A DNA stretch of 32,000 bases from positions 1,770,001 to 1,802,000 of the forward strand of contig NZ_CP013011.1 of NCBI RefSeq assembly GCF_001412615.1, read 5' to 3'. Below are positions 25,052 to 32,000 of the stretch, piece by piece (positions within the stretch are counted from its first letter, which is position 1; every line of letters starts with the position of its first letter). The DNA is from Pyrodictium delaneyi (GTDB lineage Archaea; Thermoproteota; Thermoprotei_A; Sulfolobales; Pyrodictiaceae). The notes beneath the pieces were generated by a model. The model worked only from the letters and a program-made list of their open reading frames with translations, did not search any database and had not been told where the DNA came from. The translations under genes were made by a program, and so were the position numbers.

Positions 25052-25560
25052 TCCTGCTCTTCTTCCCTTCTGTTGCTTTGCTGGAGGAGGTTGCGCAGTC
25101 TCTCAGCGGTGGCTATTGCTAGCCTCTCATGTTTCTTCTCCTCCTCTACCAGGAGTTCTAAGAGCTTCCTTAACGTAGTCCCCGGCTCGGCCAGGTGTAG
25201 TAGGCCTTCGTAGCTAGACTTGGCCAGGTCCTCAATACTCTTATGGATCTCCACTAGATCCACTACCTGGCCCATATCCTCGCGCCGTGGCCGGTAGCTA
25301 AGCAGCTCCTTCGCGACAACCTGTATCTCGTTGATAGCGCGTATGAGCGCCCACGCTATCTCCTGGTGCACGATACTATCCATGGCTATGAGGAAGAGGT
25401 TCCAACGCGCATCCTCCTCGTAGCATGCACGCGCCATGTTGCTATAGGCGCGTGCTTCGCTCATCTCGTCGAGTGCAATGTCCTCGAGCTGCTCTTTTAT
25501 CTTCTCGAGCGATGCTAGCAGCTTTTCGAGGCGTGACTCGAGACTATGCTCCCTATCCAT
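25048..25560 (-). CDS. Helical-bundle hypothetical protein, possibly ferritin/rubrerythrin-like
   Basis: 170-aa all-helical ORF with an ATG start. It has E/H pairs (DSIVHQEIAW and EEEKKHERL) reminiscent of di-iron four-helix bundles. The assignment is weak. Its stop overlaps the stop of the convergent gene. Confidence 0.4.
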   Translation of the reverse strand: MDREHSLESRLEKLLASLEKIKEQLEDIALDEMSEARAYSNMARACYEEDARWNLFLIAMDSIVHQEIAWALIRAINEIQVVAKELLSYRPRREDMGQVVDLVEIHKSIEDLAKSSYEGLLHLAEPGTTLRKLLELLVEEEKKHERLAIATAERLRNLLQQSNRREEEQD

Positions 25561-25654
25561 GCATAGTCACCGTCTCTTGTCCTCTCTTCTCCACTAGTGC
25601 TGTAGCGTGAAAAGAGACTATAGCCCCCTTGATGCAGGGTTTAGCTCCAGGCTA

Positions 25655-25709
25655 GTGTCTCGCTACTGCACAACTATAAGGAGAGTGGCGTGCACCTGCA
25701 GCGAGATAC
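25655..25709. promoter_or_regulatory. Long imperfect inverted repeat enclosing a CTATAA element
   Basis: GTGTCTCGCT (25655-25664) pairs with AGCGAGATAC (25700-25709). TGCAC (25667-25671) pairs with GTGCA (25690-25694). The 18-nt centre, aactataaggagagtggc, carries the CTATAA element. It lies in the divergent spacer between the helical-bundle gene and the M48-like protease gene. Confidence 0.4.
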
Positions 25710-25799
25710 AAGGGGTAGACTCATGAGAACCTGGAGTATTCATAGCCTAGAAGGACTATGTGTTACTGTTACTACACTACATGTTGAGGGTGTTACGTA

Positions 25800-26654
25800 T
25801 TGCACCCCGTACTGCTGACTGTAGGTCTCGCAGCTTCGGCGCTACTACCAGCAGCCTATGTTCATGCTGTGAAAGGTGGCCCCCGCCACGTATGGCTGAG
25901 ATTAAGGCTTGTAATGGTTATGTCTGTTTCAGCTTTGCTTCTGATTACAGCTAGCATAGGTGTGGTAGACAAGATGTCATTGGCGCTAGCTGCACCAGCA
26001 CTCGCAGGAGTATACCTGGTTCTCAACTATCACTTCGAGCGCAGAAGCGTGAACAAGCTACTCTACGGACTGAAAGGGAGGGTCCACAGTGTGACTCTGC
26101 TATCTTCTCCCGTGCCGGCAGCCTTCACGGTAGCGATGACTGGCCGTGTCTACGCTACAACAGAGCTGTATAGGCGGCTCGAGCCCGAGGAGGCAGCAGC
26201 CATAGTAGCTCACGAGATAGGTCACCTCGAAGCACTCCATCCGATTCCTCCTCCGCTGTTCGTAACAGTTATTGCTATAATGGCCTCTATACTTGCAGCT
26301 GGCATCATAGACCTTCTAGGGCAAGGGCTCGCAAGCCTCGTGCTTGTAGCTGTAGTCCTCCTCATGGCAGGGATTGCCTGGGTTGTGTTCAACTGGGCAT
26401 GGGAACACTTAGCAGACCTATACGCCCTAGATGCAGCTGGTGCCTGGAGCATATCAGCTCTCTACCGTATAACTGGGGCTCGACCCGAGGAGCCCCGGCT
26501 ACTCAGTGTCTATCTCGATGCAGTCAAGTGTCTTCGACCACGTGGGGGTCGGGGTGTAACAGTACTGGTGAACCCACACCCGAGGCCGGGCTATCGGCTA
26601 TACCTCTTAGAGAAGATAGCCTGGCAAGGAGAGGGCCGGGGCTCAGCTCTCTAG
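25800..26654 (+). CDS. Membrane Zn-metalloprotease, M48/HtpX-like (HExxH)
   Basis: 284-aa ORF with an uncertain TTG start. It has several TM helices, and the motif AAIVAHEIGHLEALHP lies between them. Confidence 0.55.
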   Translation: MHPVLLTVGLAASALLPAAYVHAVKGGPRHVWLRLRLVMVMSVSALLLITASIGVVDKMSLALAAPALAGVYLVLNYHFERRSVNKLLYGLKGRVHSVTLLSSPVPAAFTVAMTGRVYATTELYRRLEPEEAAAIVAHEIGHLEALHPIPPPLFVTVIAIMASILAAGIIDLLGQGLASLVLVAVVLLMAGIAWVVFNWAWEHLADLYALDAAGAWSISALYRITGARPEEPRLLSVYLDAVKCLRPRGGRGVTVLVNPHPRPGYRLYLLEKIAWQGEGRGSAL

Positions 26655-26667
26655 ACCCGTAGTAGGG

Positions 26668-27036
26668 CTACGCGTATTCCTCGAGCTCGGCTATGCTTCT
26701 CGGGGCGAGACTTACGAGAGCTGGGCCCCAGAGGGCCTCGGCCTCGCCTAACGCAGCCTCACCCCAGCTGGGCGCGCCTCCCGGATCCTCGAGGTACGCG
26801 CCGAAGACTACTCCGTCGACCACAGCGAGACCTAGGGTATGGCCGTTCTCGTACTCTACGCAGGCGAAGCCAGTGAACCTCTCCCCTACGAGCAACTCTT
26901 CCAGCCTTAGCCAGACGTCGCCCTCGAACTCGTACTCAACAGCGGCGGCTGCAATGCATGCTTTTTCTGCAATCTTGTCGAGCGGTAGCCCGTGGGAGAG
27001 CCGGCGGCTCATCCAGGCTTGTATGCTCACGCTCAC
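26668..27036 (-). CDS. Small acidic hypothetical protein carrying the same domain as the C-terminus of the ORF at 12239-13213 (DUF4388/PATAN-like pattern)
   Basis: 122-aa ORF with an ATG start. The pattern tG..cV.y..G...l.vvDGvv.gAy.......wGeaAL..a resembles DUF4388-type domains. The opposite-strand ORF at 26693-27157 is S/P/T/R low complexity and was rejected. Confidence 0.5.
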   Translation of the reverse strand: MSVSIQAWMSRRLSHGLPLDKIAEKACIAAAAVEYEFEGDVWLRLEELLVGERFTGFACVEYENGHTLGLAVVDGVVFGAYLEDPGGAPSWGEAALGEAEALWGPALVSLAPRSIAELEEYA

Positions 27037-27308
27037 AGCTCAACCCCGGTCTAGCCCCTTAGGAGGAGAGACTCTGGGTTACGGTCTGAGGGCTAGTACC
27101 TCCCGGGTATCACCTGGTGCATGTTTCCACTTGGGAGAAACCGGGCAAAGTGATTGACTAGAAGCGGGTTCAGCCAACCCGGCTTACGCCATCAGCGCCT
27201 CTCGCGTATGTCGGGCGCCTCGGTCCGGGGTTCGCTTCCGGCGCGTTCATCACGCCCCTTGTCTTTCAGGAGTCTCGGGGATACTCTAGGCTTTCCCCCT
27301 AACCCAGG
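27037..27308. ncRNA. Candidate structured RNA of unknown class (GC-rich, helix-dense spacer)
   Basis: No ORF is present, GC is higher than in other spacers, and no AT-rich box is visible. Complementary pairs: 27051-57/27090-96, 27165-70/27176-81, 27161-67/27232-38, 27215-19/27240-44, 27068-74/27270-76. The plus strand carries RNase P CR-IV/CR-V-like strings at 27148-27187. The minus strand carries a consensus C box, GTGATGA (complement of 27247-27253). Confidence 0.3.
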
Positions 27309-27935
27309 CTATCTGTGAACACTCTCTATAAGTGTCTTTATGACATCTATTGCTGCTCCTTGCCTGGCATATGCTGCTGCACCTAGCTCAGCCCACACAG
27401 CTAGGCTGCCACGGCACCAGAAGACATGGAGCCTACCATCCCTCTTGTCCTGCGATATATAGACAGTTACCCCGGCTACCTCGTGACTGAAGGGCGCTGT
27501 GTAGGGCAACTGATCCGCGTAAGTCTTCATCTTCTCCGCCATACGGTCTACAAGCTCGCAAGCATTATCTCCCGTGTCGACGATCCAGAGCCTTGTCCCG
27601 TCACTATAGACTACTATGAGGGCCTTTTCGGCCTTAACCATGCCGGGCTCCCAGTGTATACCCTTAACAGCTGCCAGAGCCTCTTCGCCGGACACTATCC
27701 TTTCGACGGTATAGTCCCCAGGCAGCATCTCTGGATAGTATATGCCCTCAGCGCTGGCTTGTCCACCAAGCCCCTCGCTAGTATGGAGTATGAATATAGC
27801 TGCAGCTGCAACTACTACAGCCGTGGCAACAGCTAGTAGGAGCAGCTTATGGCGCCGGGGACGACTGCTTTGGGATCCCATTTCTCTCCTATTACCAGGC
27901 GTGGCTTCGTTGCCTGTAGGCTCCAAGCTTCGCAC
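27309..27935 (-). CDS. Hypothetical N-terminally anchored extracytoplasmic protein
   Basis: 208-aa ORF; the likely start is the internal MGSQSSRPRRHK. One TM helix (LLLLAVATAVVVAAAAIFIL) is followed by a ~150-aa globular domain. I recognise no family. Confidence 0.5.
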   Translation of the reverse strand: MRSLEPTGNEATPGNRREMGSQSSRPRRHKLLLLAVATAVVVAAAAIFILHTSEGLGGQASAEGIYYPEMLPGDYTVERIVSGEEALAAVKGIHWEPGMVKAEKALIVVYSDGTRLWIVDTGDNACELVDRMAEKMKTYADQLPYTAPFSHEVAGVTVYISQDKRDGRLHVFWCRGSLAVWAELGAAAYARQGAAIDVIKTLIESVHR

Positions 27936-28030
27936 CCTACTCAGGAGTCCGGAATGCCTTGAAAGCCTAAGTGTTAGAATATTATACTATCCTGCTCTGT
28001 ACCCTCCTGAGCCATAGGGGCCGACAGGTA

Positions 28031-28870
28031 ATGGCTGGCGGAGCTACCGAGTGTTGCCGACACATAGTATGTGAGGGCTGCCCAGTCCTGCTCGTAATCG
28101 ACGAGAAGAGGCGCTTCATATTCCGCGTAGAGCGGGGCCGAGTGCAGGGTAGCGACCGGGGCACAGTGAGGCATGACGACCTTATAGGGCTCCGATATGG
28201 CTCCCGAGTACGCCTAAGCAGCGGTATCTACGCGCTTGTGCTCCAGCCACGGCTGGTAGATTACATGGAGCGGGGACTACGCCGCCGCAGCCAGGTCATC
28301 TACCCGAAGGACCACGGTCTCATACTGATGCTCCTGGACATAGAGCCTGGAAACCGTGTGCTAGAGATAGGCGTGGGCAGCGGCTACACCACAATAGTCC
28401 TTGCCCGCGCTGTGGGCCCCGAGGGCAAGGTGTACAGCTACGAGATCCGGCGCGACATGTTCGAGACTGCTCGGCGTAACCTTGAGACGGTGGGGCTGCT
28501 AGACCGGGTAGAGCTAAAACACCGGGACGCTAGGCTCGGCGTAGACGAGGAGAACCTTGACGCAGCTGTGGTTGATATGCCAGATCCCTGGGCAGTGCTC
28601 CCTGTCCTTCACCGAGCTCTCCGGCCAGGAGCGGGTGTAGTATTCTTCCTCCCCGCAGTCAACCAGGTTGCTCGACTACTAGCAGCCCTGGAGCTGCACG
28701 GAGGCTGGGCTGAGACACGGGTCTACGAGGTGCTCCTGCGCGAGTACGAGCCTAGAAGTGACGCACTCCGACCCCGCACCACGATGATAGCCCACACAGG
28801 GTACCTAGTCTACACGAGGCGTATAGAGCGGGACATGGGGCAGCACCAGGATACAGACAAAGGCGGGTAA
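28031..28870 (+). CDS. trmI: tRNA (adenine-N1)-methyltransferase TrmI (Gcd14 family)
   Basis: The track ORF starts at 27971; ATG 28031 is the likelier start. The N-terminal beta domain (VLLVIDEKRRFIFRVERGRVQGSDRGTVRHDDLIG) is followed by a SAM-binding motif (VLEIGVGSGYTTIVLARAVGPEGKVYSYEIR) and VVDMPDPW. Confidence 0.85.
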   Translation: MAGGATECCRHIVCEGCPVLLVIDEKRRFIFRVERGRVQGSDRGTVRHDDLIGLRYGSRVRLSSGIYALVLQPRLVDYMERGLRRRSQVIYPKDHGLILMLLDIEPGNRVLEIGVGSGYTTIVLARAVGPEGKVYSYEIRRDMFETARRNLETVGLLDRVELKHRDARLGVDEENLDAAVVDMPDPWAVLPVLHRALRPGAGVVFFLPAVNQVARLLAALELHGGWAETRVYEVLLREYEPRSDALRPRTTMIAHTGYLVYTRRIERDMGQHQDTDKGG

Positions 28871-28971
28871 GGCAGACATCAAAGCACAAGAAAACGTCCA
28901 CCATACCCCGGTTACGCAAGGCTAAAAAGTCGAGATAACAGTGTAACGGCCCTACGATTGCTGCCTTTTGT

Positions 28972-30270
28972 TTAGCTCTCAGCCAGCCCTAGCACTATTT
29001 TCACAGCCTCTTCGGGGCTCCCTGCTATGTATCTCCTTGCACCCGCCTCGAGCATTGCCTGTGGGTCCTTCAGTCCATGGCCCGTCAGCACTATTACCAC
29101 GGTCTCGTCCGGGGCTATGACGCCGTCCTCGACAAGCCGGGCTAGCCCCGCTAGGCTAGCCGCGCTAGCTGGCTCTACTGCTATCCCCTCGAGCCGGGCT
29201 AGCATCGCTTGAGCCTTCATTATCTCCTCGTCGCTGACCATTGTGAAAACACCGTTGCTCTCCTTGACGGCCTTCATGGCCTTTGGCCAGTTCACTGGAT
29301 GGCCTATCCTTATCGCTGTAGCCCGCGTTTCGGGCTTGTCTACGAATAGCGGCTCATCCAGGCCTTTCTGCCAAGCCCTTGCCAGGGGAGCAGCTCTCTC
29401 TGCCTGTACACCAGCCATCCGGGGGAGACGGGTTATCAGCCCATAGCGGTACAGCTCCTTGAACCCCTTCCATATTGCCGAGATATTACCTGCGTTGCCC
29501 ACCGGCACTACTACCCAGTCTGGCGGCTCGCCTCCCAGCGCCTCGGCGACCTCGTAGGCTAGGGTCTTCTGGCCTTCAAGCCTCCACGGGTTGAAGCTGT
29601 TTAACGGATAGAGCCTTGGATCCTCCTCCACAGCAGTCATTACCGCCTTGAGGGCTGCATCGAAGCTTCCCTCTATCTCCACTATATCTGCGCCGTAAAG
29701 CACGCTTTGGGCAAGCTTGCCAAGAGCCGTCTTCCTCCGGGGCACAACCACTATCCTCCGTAGCCCTGCTCGGGCCGCGTATGCTGAGACACTGGCAGCT
29801 GTATTGCCGGTACTAGCCACTATCAGCGCCCGCGCCTTGATAGCCTTAGCCAGGGTGACAGCGACGGTCATTCCACGGTCCTTGAAGCTCCCGGTTGGGT
29901 TCTGGCCCTCGTTCTTAGCGTATAGCCTCTTAAGGCCCAGCATACGGCCTATACGCTCTAGCTCCACTAAGGGTGTCGCACCTTCACCTAGAGTCACTGG
30001 TTTGACTCCACTTATGGCTGGTAATAGCTCCCAGTAGCGCCACACCCCAGACTTACGCTGCTCCCATATCCTCCAGGAAGGAGGCTCTCTGGGATGTACT
30101 TTCACATCAAGGAGTCCACCGCAGCTGGGGCAGCGAGTCAATCTAGGGTGCGGCGGATATTTTCTACCACAAGATATGCAGCATAGCTCTACTTCATGTA
30201 CGAATCCAAGGGCATCGCCTGCCTCGTATCCAAACTCCCACGCCGAGCCCACCTTTAGTGGCTGCTGCAA
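28972..30270 (-). CDS. thrC: Threonine synthase with an N-terminal Zn ribbon
   Basis: 432-aa ORF starting at TTG 30270 or GTG 30252. It has CISCG...CPSCGG, a PLP-lysine region (NPTGSFKDRG) and GNAGN. Confidence 0.9.
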   Translation of the reverse strand: MQQPLKVGSAWEFGYEAGDALGFVHEVELCCISCGRKYPPHPRLTRCPSCGGLLDVKVHPREPPSWRIWEQRKSGVWRYWELLPAISGVKPVTLGEGATPLVELERIGRMLGLKRLYAKNEGQNPTGSFKDRGMTVAVTLAKAIKARALIVASTGNTAASVSAYAARAGLRRIVVVPRRKTALGKLAQSVLYGADIVEIEGSFDAALKAVMTAVEEDPRLYPLNSFNPWRLEGQKTLAYEVAEALGGEPPDWVVVPVGNAGNISAIWKGFKELYRYGLITRLPRMAGVQAERAAPLARAWQKGLDEPLFVDKPETRATAIRIGHPVNWPKAMKAVKESNGVFTMVSDEEIMKAQAMLARLEGIAVEPASAASLAGLARLVEDGVIAPDETVVIVLTGHGLKDPQAMLEAGARRYIAGSPEEAVKIVLGLAES

Positions 30271-30388
30271 TAAAAGCCTAGCGAGCCTACTCTATGTGCC
30301 AGGTTATGCACGGCAGGTAGCACGATGATGTTTAGGACAACTAGCCAGCAGCTTATGGGGGTAGCACTCGTCTTCTCGGGAATACAGT

Positions 30389-30424
30389 AAAATTTTAATT
30401 ATTTCAACTATGACTTATATATAA
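30389..30424 (+). promoter_or_regulatory. AT-rich promoter region (AAAATTTTAATTATTT / TTATATATAA) for the solute-binding-protein gene
   Basis: Two TATA-like elements lie 28-63 nt upstream of ATG 30452. An AGGTGA Shine-Dalgarno-like string is at 30441-30446. Confidence 0.4.
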
Positions 30425-30451
30425 CGGCAGTTTTAGAGAAAGGTGAAGAGC

Positions 30452-32000
30452 ATGACTCGAACAAGCATGATCATAGCGGGTCTTGTCGTACTTCTCGCTA
30501 TAGTCGGCGTAGCCTTCCTCCTCCGCGGAGGCGAAAAGCCGTCTGCCCCCGCGGAGACTATAACACCACAGACAACCTCGCCGGCAGAGACCTCGCCAAC
30601 AACCACTCAAGCCGTTTCCGAGAAACCTAGGCTCACCGGAAACATCGAGCAAGACGTAGTCTCTATAGGCAATTATCTAGCCTCTATGGGTATACATGAG
30701 GCTAAATACACTGTATGGGCTGCTGGCGACCCGAACAGCGTACTTAGAACACTAGCAATAGTAGAGGCAGCCTATAGGCTCAACAAGATTCTAGAACAAC
30801 ACGGTGTAGACTTCAAGATAACAGTAGAGCAGAAGTTCAAGCGTGGCGGTGGCGACCAGCTAGCAGAGGACTTTGCTGCAGCATTCCAGAGTCAAGCAAA
30901 CCCCGACATAATGGCTAACAGCTACAAGCACATAGCAAGGTTCGCGGACGAGGGCTACCTACTCGACATAACACAATACCTCGAGACCTACCAGGACTTC
31001 CTCAACGACTTCTACCAGAGCCTACTAGGCGCGGTCCGCTACAAGGGCAAGTACTATGGCGTGCCGCAAGACACTGAGGCCCGTCCGCTATACTGGCGTA
31101 CCGACGTAGCAGCATGCATCAAGGAGAAGACTGGTGAAGACATACTGGCAGGCCTAGCTGAGAAGATACAGAAGGGCGAAGTAACCTGGCATGATATCTA
31201 CCGCTACGCCAAGCTAGCCGTGGAGACTGGCTGTAGCGAATGGGGCGTACTACACCGTAAAGGTAGCGCCCATCCGGATCTAATACAGTTCATCTACGCC
31301 TTCGGCGGCAAGCTGAGTGACCCCAAGACAGGCAAACTTGTCCTAGACGTACCTGCTGTCTACAAGTGGCTCTACGTAGAGTGGAAGATGGCCCGTGACA
31401 AGCTAATACCGGAGGACATGATGAGCTGGGACTGGGGTAAGCAGATACACCCCTCAACAGTCAGCGGCAAGACCCTGATATGGATTGGTGGTACCTGGCA
31501 CTGGACAGAGTGGCAGACAAAGCCATACTACACCGACCCGCAGACCGGCGAGCAGAGACCGCTGACAGCCGAGGAGGTGAAGAAGTACTTCTACTACACG
31601 CTCTTCGCCGCCGGCGACCCCGGCAACGAGCCCGTGACGCTCAGCCAGCCCTTCGTCTGGATGATAGCGAGCAATGCTGGCAAAGATAACCCCAAGTACG
31701 ATGAGCTACGCGATGTCTATCAGATGCTAGCCTTCCTACTAGTAGTGAAGGCTAGTGACCCAGACCTCAACGCTATACACAGCATCATAAGCGCACACTT
31801 GCCGGTGAGGAAGGCCGCCGAGCAGTTGATATCCGATAAGGCTTGGGTCGAGAAGCTAGCCAATCTAGAGATCGAGCTAAGCCCTGAGGTCAAGAATGCT
31901 ATAGCAGATATAGTGAAGGCTACAGTGAACGAGATAAATATCGAGTTCCTAGCTAGCGCTAGCAAGATGCTAGCCTACACTCACTTAACACCAATGCACC
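30452..32000 (+). CDS. ABC-transporter extracellular solute-binding protein (family 1, sugar type), N-terminally TM-anchored; 3' end beyond the window
   Basis: Absent from the ORF track because it runs off the window. My translation reads MTRTSMIIAGLVVLLAIVGVAFLLRGGEKPSAPAETITPQTTSPAETSPTTTQAVSEKP...YTVWAAGDPNSV...YKGKYYGVPQDTEARPLYWRTD...LIWIGGTWHW..., open to nt 32000. It has an archaeal-style TM anchor followed by an S/T/P linker. Confidence 0.8.
   Translation, partial: MTRTSMIIAGLVVLLAIVGVAFLLRGGEKPSAPAETITPQTTSPAETSPTTTQAVSEKPRLTGNIEQDVVSIGNYLASMGIHEAKYTVWAAGDPNSVLRTLAIVEAAYRLNKILEQHGVDFKITVEQKFKRGGGDQLAEDFAAAFQSQANPDIMANSYKHIARFADEGYLLDITQYLETYQDFLNDFYQSLLGAVRYKGKYYGVPQDTEARPLYWRTDVAACIKEKTGEDILAGLAEKIQKGEVTWHDIYRYAKLAVETGCSEWGVLHRKGSAHPDLIQFIYAFGGKLSDPKTGKLVLDVPAVYKWLYVEWKMARDKLIPEDMMSWDWGKQIHPSTVSGKTLIWIGGTWHWTEWQTKPYYTDPQTGEQRPLTAEEVKKYFYYTLFAAGDPGNEPVTLSQPFVWMIASNAGKDNPKYDELRDVYQMLAFLLVVKASDPDLNAIHSIISAHLPVRKAAEQLISDKAWVEKLANLEIELSPEVKNAIADIVKATVNEINIEFLASASKMLAYTHLTPMH

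Noticed and set aside
26693-27157. 154-aa plus-strand ORF opposite the 122-aa gene and running into the structured spacer
   Set aside because: It has S/P/T/R low-complexity composition typical of an antisense frame. The minus-strand frame has protein-like composition and a paralogous domain elsewhere in the window.
27161-27244. tRNA-like elements: a 7-bp acceptor-like pairing (27161-67 with 27232-38, 78 nt apart) and a T-arm-like hairpin, CCGGG-GTTCGCT-TCCGG (27225-41)
   Set aside because: No D arm or anticodon arm can be drawn on either strand. The loop lacks the conserved TTCRA and the T arm is not adjacent to the acceptor strand. Likewise, AGCCC-TTTGAAC-GGGCT near 2449-2465 has no matching acceptor stem.
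27037-27308. SRP (7S) RNA as the identity of the structured spacer, since the size is about right
   Set aside because: Neither strand shows the conserved helix-8 features (a GGAA-type tetraloop flanked by AGCA and GG(A/U)C loop strings) or an Alu-domain-like 5' end.
30404-30652. 82-aa minus-strand ORF at the start of the solute-binding-protein gene
   Set aside because: It is antisense to a plus-strand ORF that stays open for more than 1.5 kb, has a TM anchor and SBP-like sequence, and has a Shine-Dalgarno-like string plus TATA boxes upstream.
1-32000. CRISPR arrays, IS elements or transposases, integrases, toxin-antitoxin pairs and rRNA genes
   Set aside because: Reading the spacers, I saw no regularly spaced 24-40-nt direct repeats. 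No ORF shows transposase, integrase, Cas or TA-like motifs. No rRNA-like conserved strings are present.

Overview
Gene-dense 32-kb chromosomal segment, about 29 protein genes on both strands. It looks like a hyperthermophilic crenarchaeon of the Desulfurococcales type. This lineage call is inference from three things: an ESCRT-III/CdvB-family gene, archaeal-type housekeeping genes (UMP kinase, TrmI, ArsA/Get3-like ATPase, endonuclease III and IV), and ATA/CTA/AGG-rich codon use with AT-rich TATA-like boxes just upstream of starts. Recognisable content:
- Enzymes and repair: a partial beta-lactamase-family hydrolase, endonuclease III, an endonuclease IV-like protein, an M20 peptidase, a GlmU-like sugar-1-P nucleotidyltransferase, PyrH, an M48-like protease, TrmI and ThrC.
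- Transport: a giant MMPL/RND-type membrane protein, CstA, an ACT-MgtE Mg channel and a partial ABC sugar-binding protein.
- Regulation and assembly: a PadR regulator, HypA, an ESCRT-III paralog and an ArsA/Get3-like ATPase.

I saw no rRNA, convincing tRNA, CRISPR array, transposase or integrase. Many ORF-track starts are GTG/TTG, so 5' ends are uncertain.

Most worth a second look:
1. A 272-nt GC-rich, helix-dense spacer (27037-27308) that looks like an unannotated structured RNA, with RNase P CR-IV/CR-V-like strings but no room for a specificity domain.
2. The 1419-aa MMPL protein, whose first extracytoplasmic loop has grown to about 850 aa and contains ~80-aa repeats. It sits divergent from a PadR-HypA-Nth operon.
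3. A Sir2-fold protein in which every catalytic motif appears substituted while the Zn ribbon is intact.
4. A 97-aa protein translationally coupled to the ArsA/Get3-like ATPase.
5. A low-GC islet (about 880-2600) carrying a wHTH protein, next to a Thr-rich surface protein gene.
6. Two proteins that share a small C-terminal domain (12239-13213 and 26668-27036).
7. An ACT domain fused to MgtE.

All functional calls rest on motif recognition by eye. None has been checked against a database.
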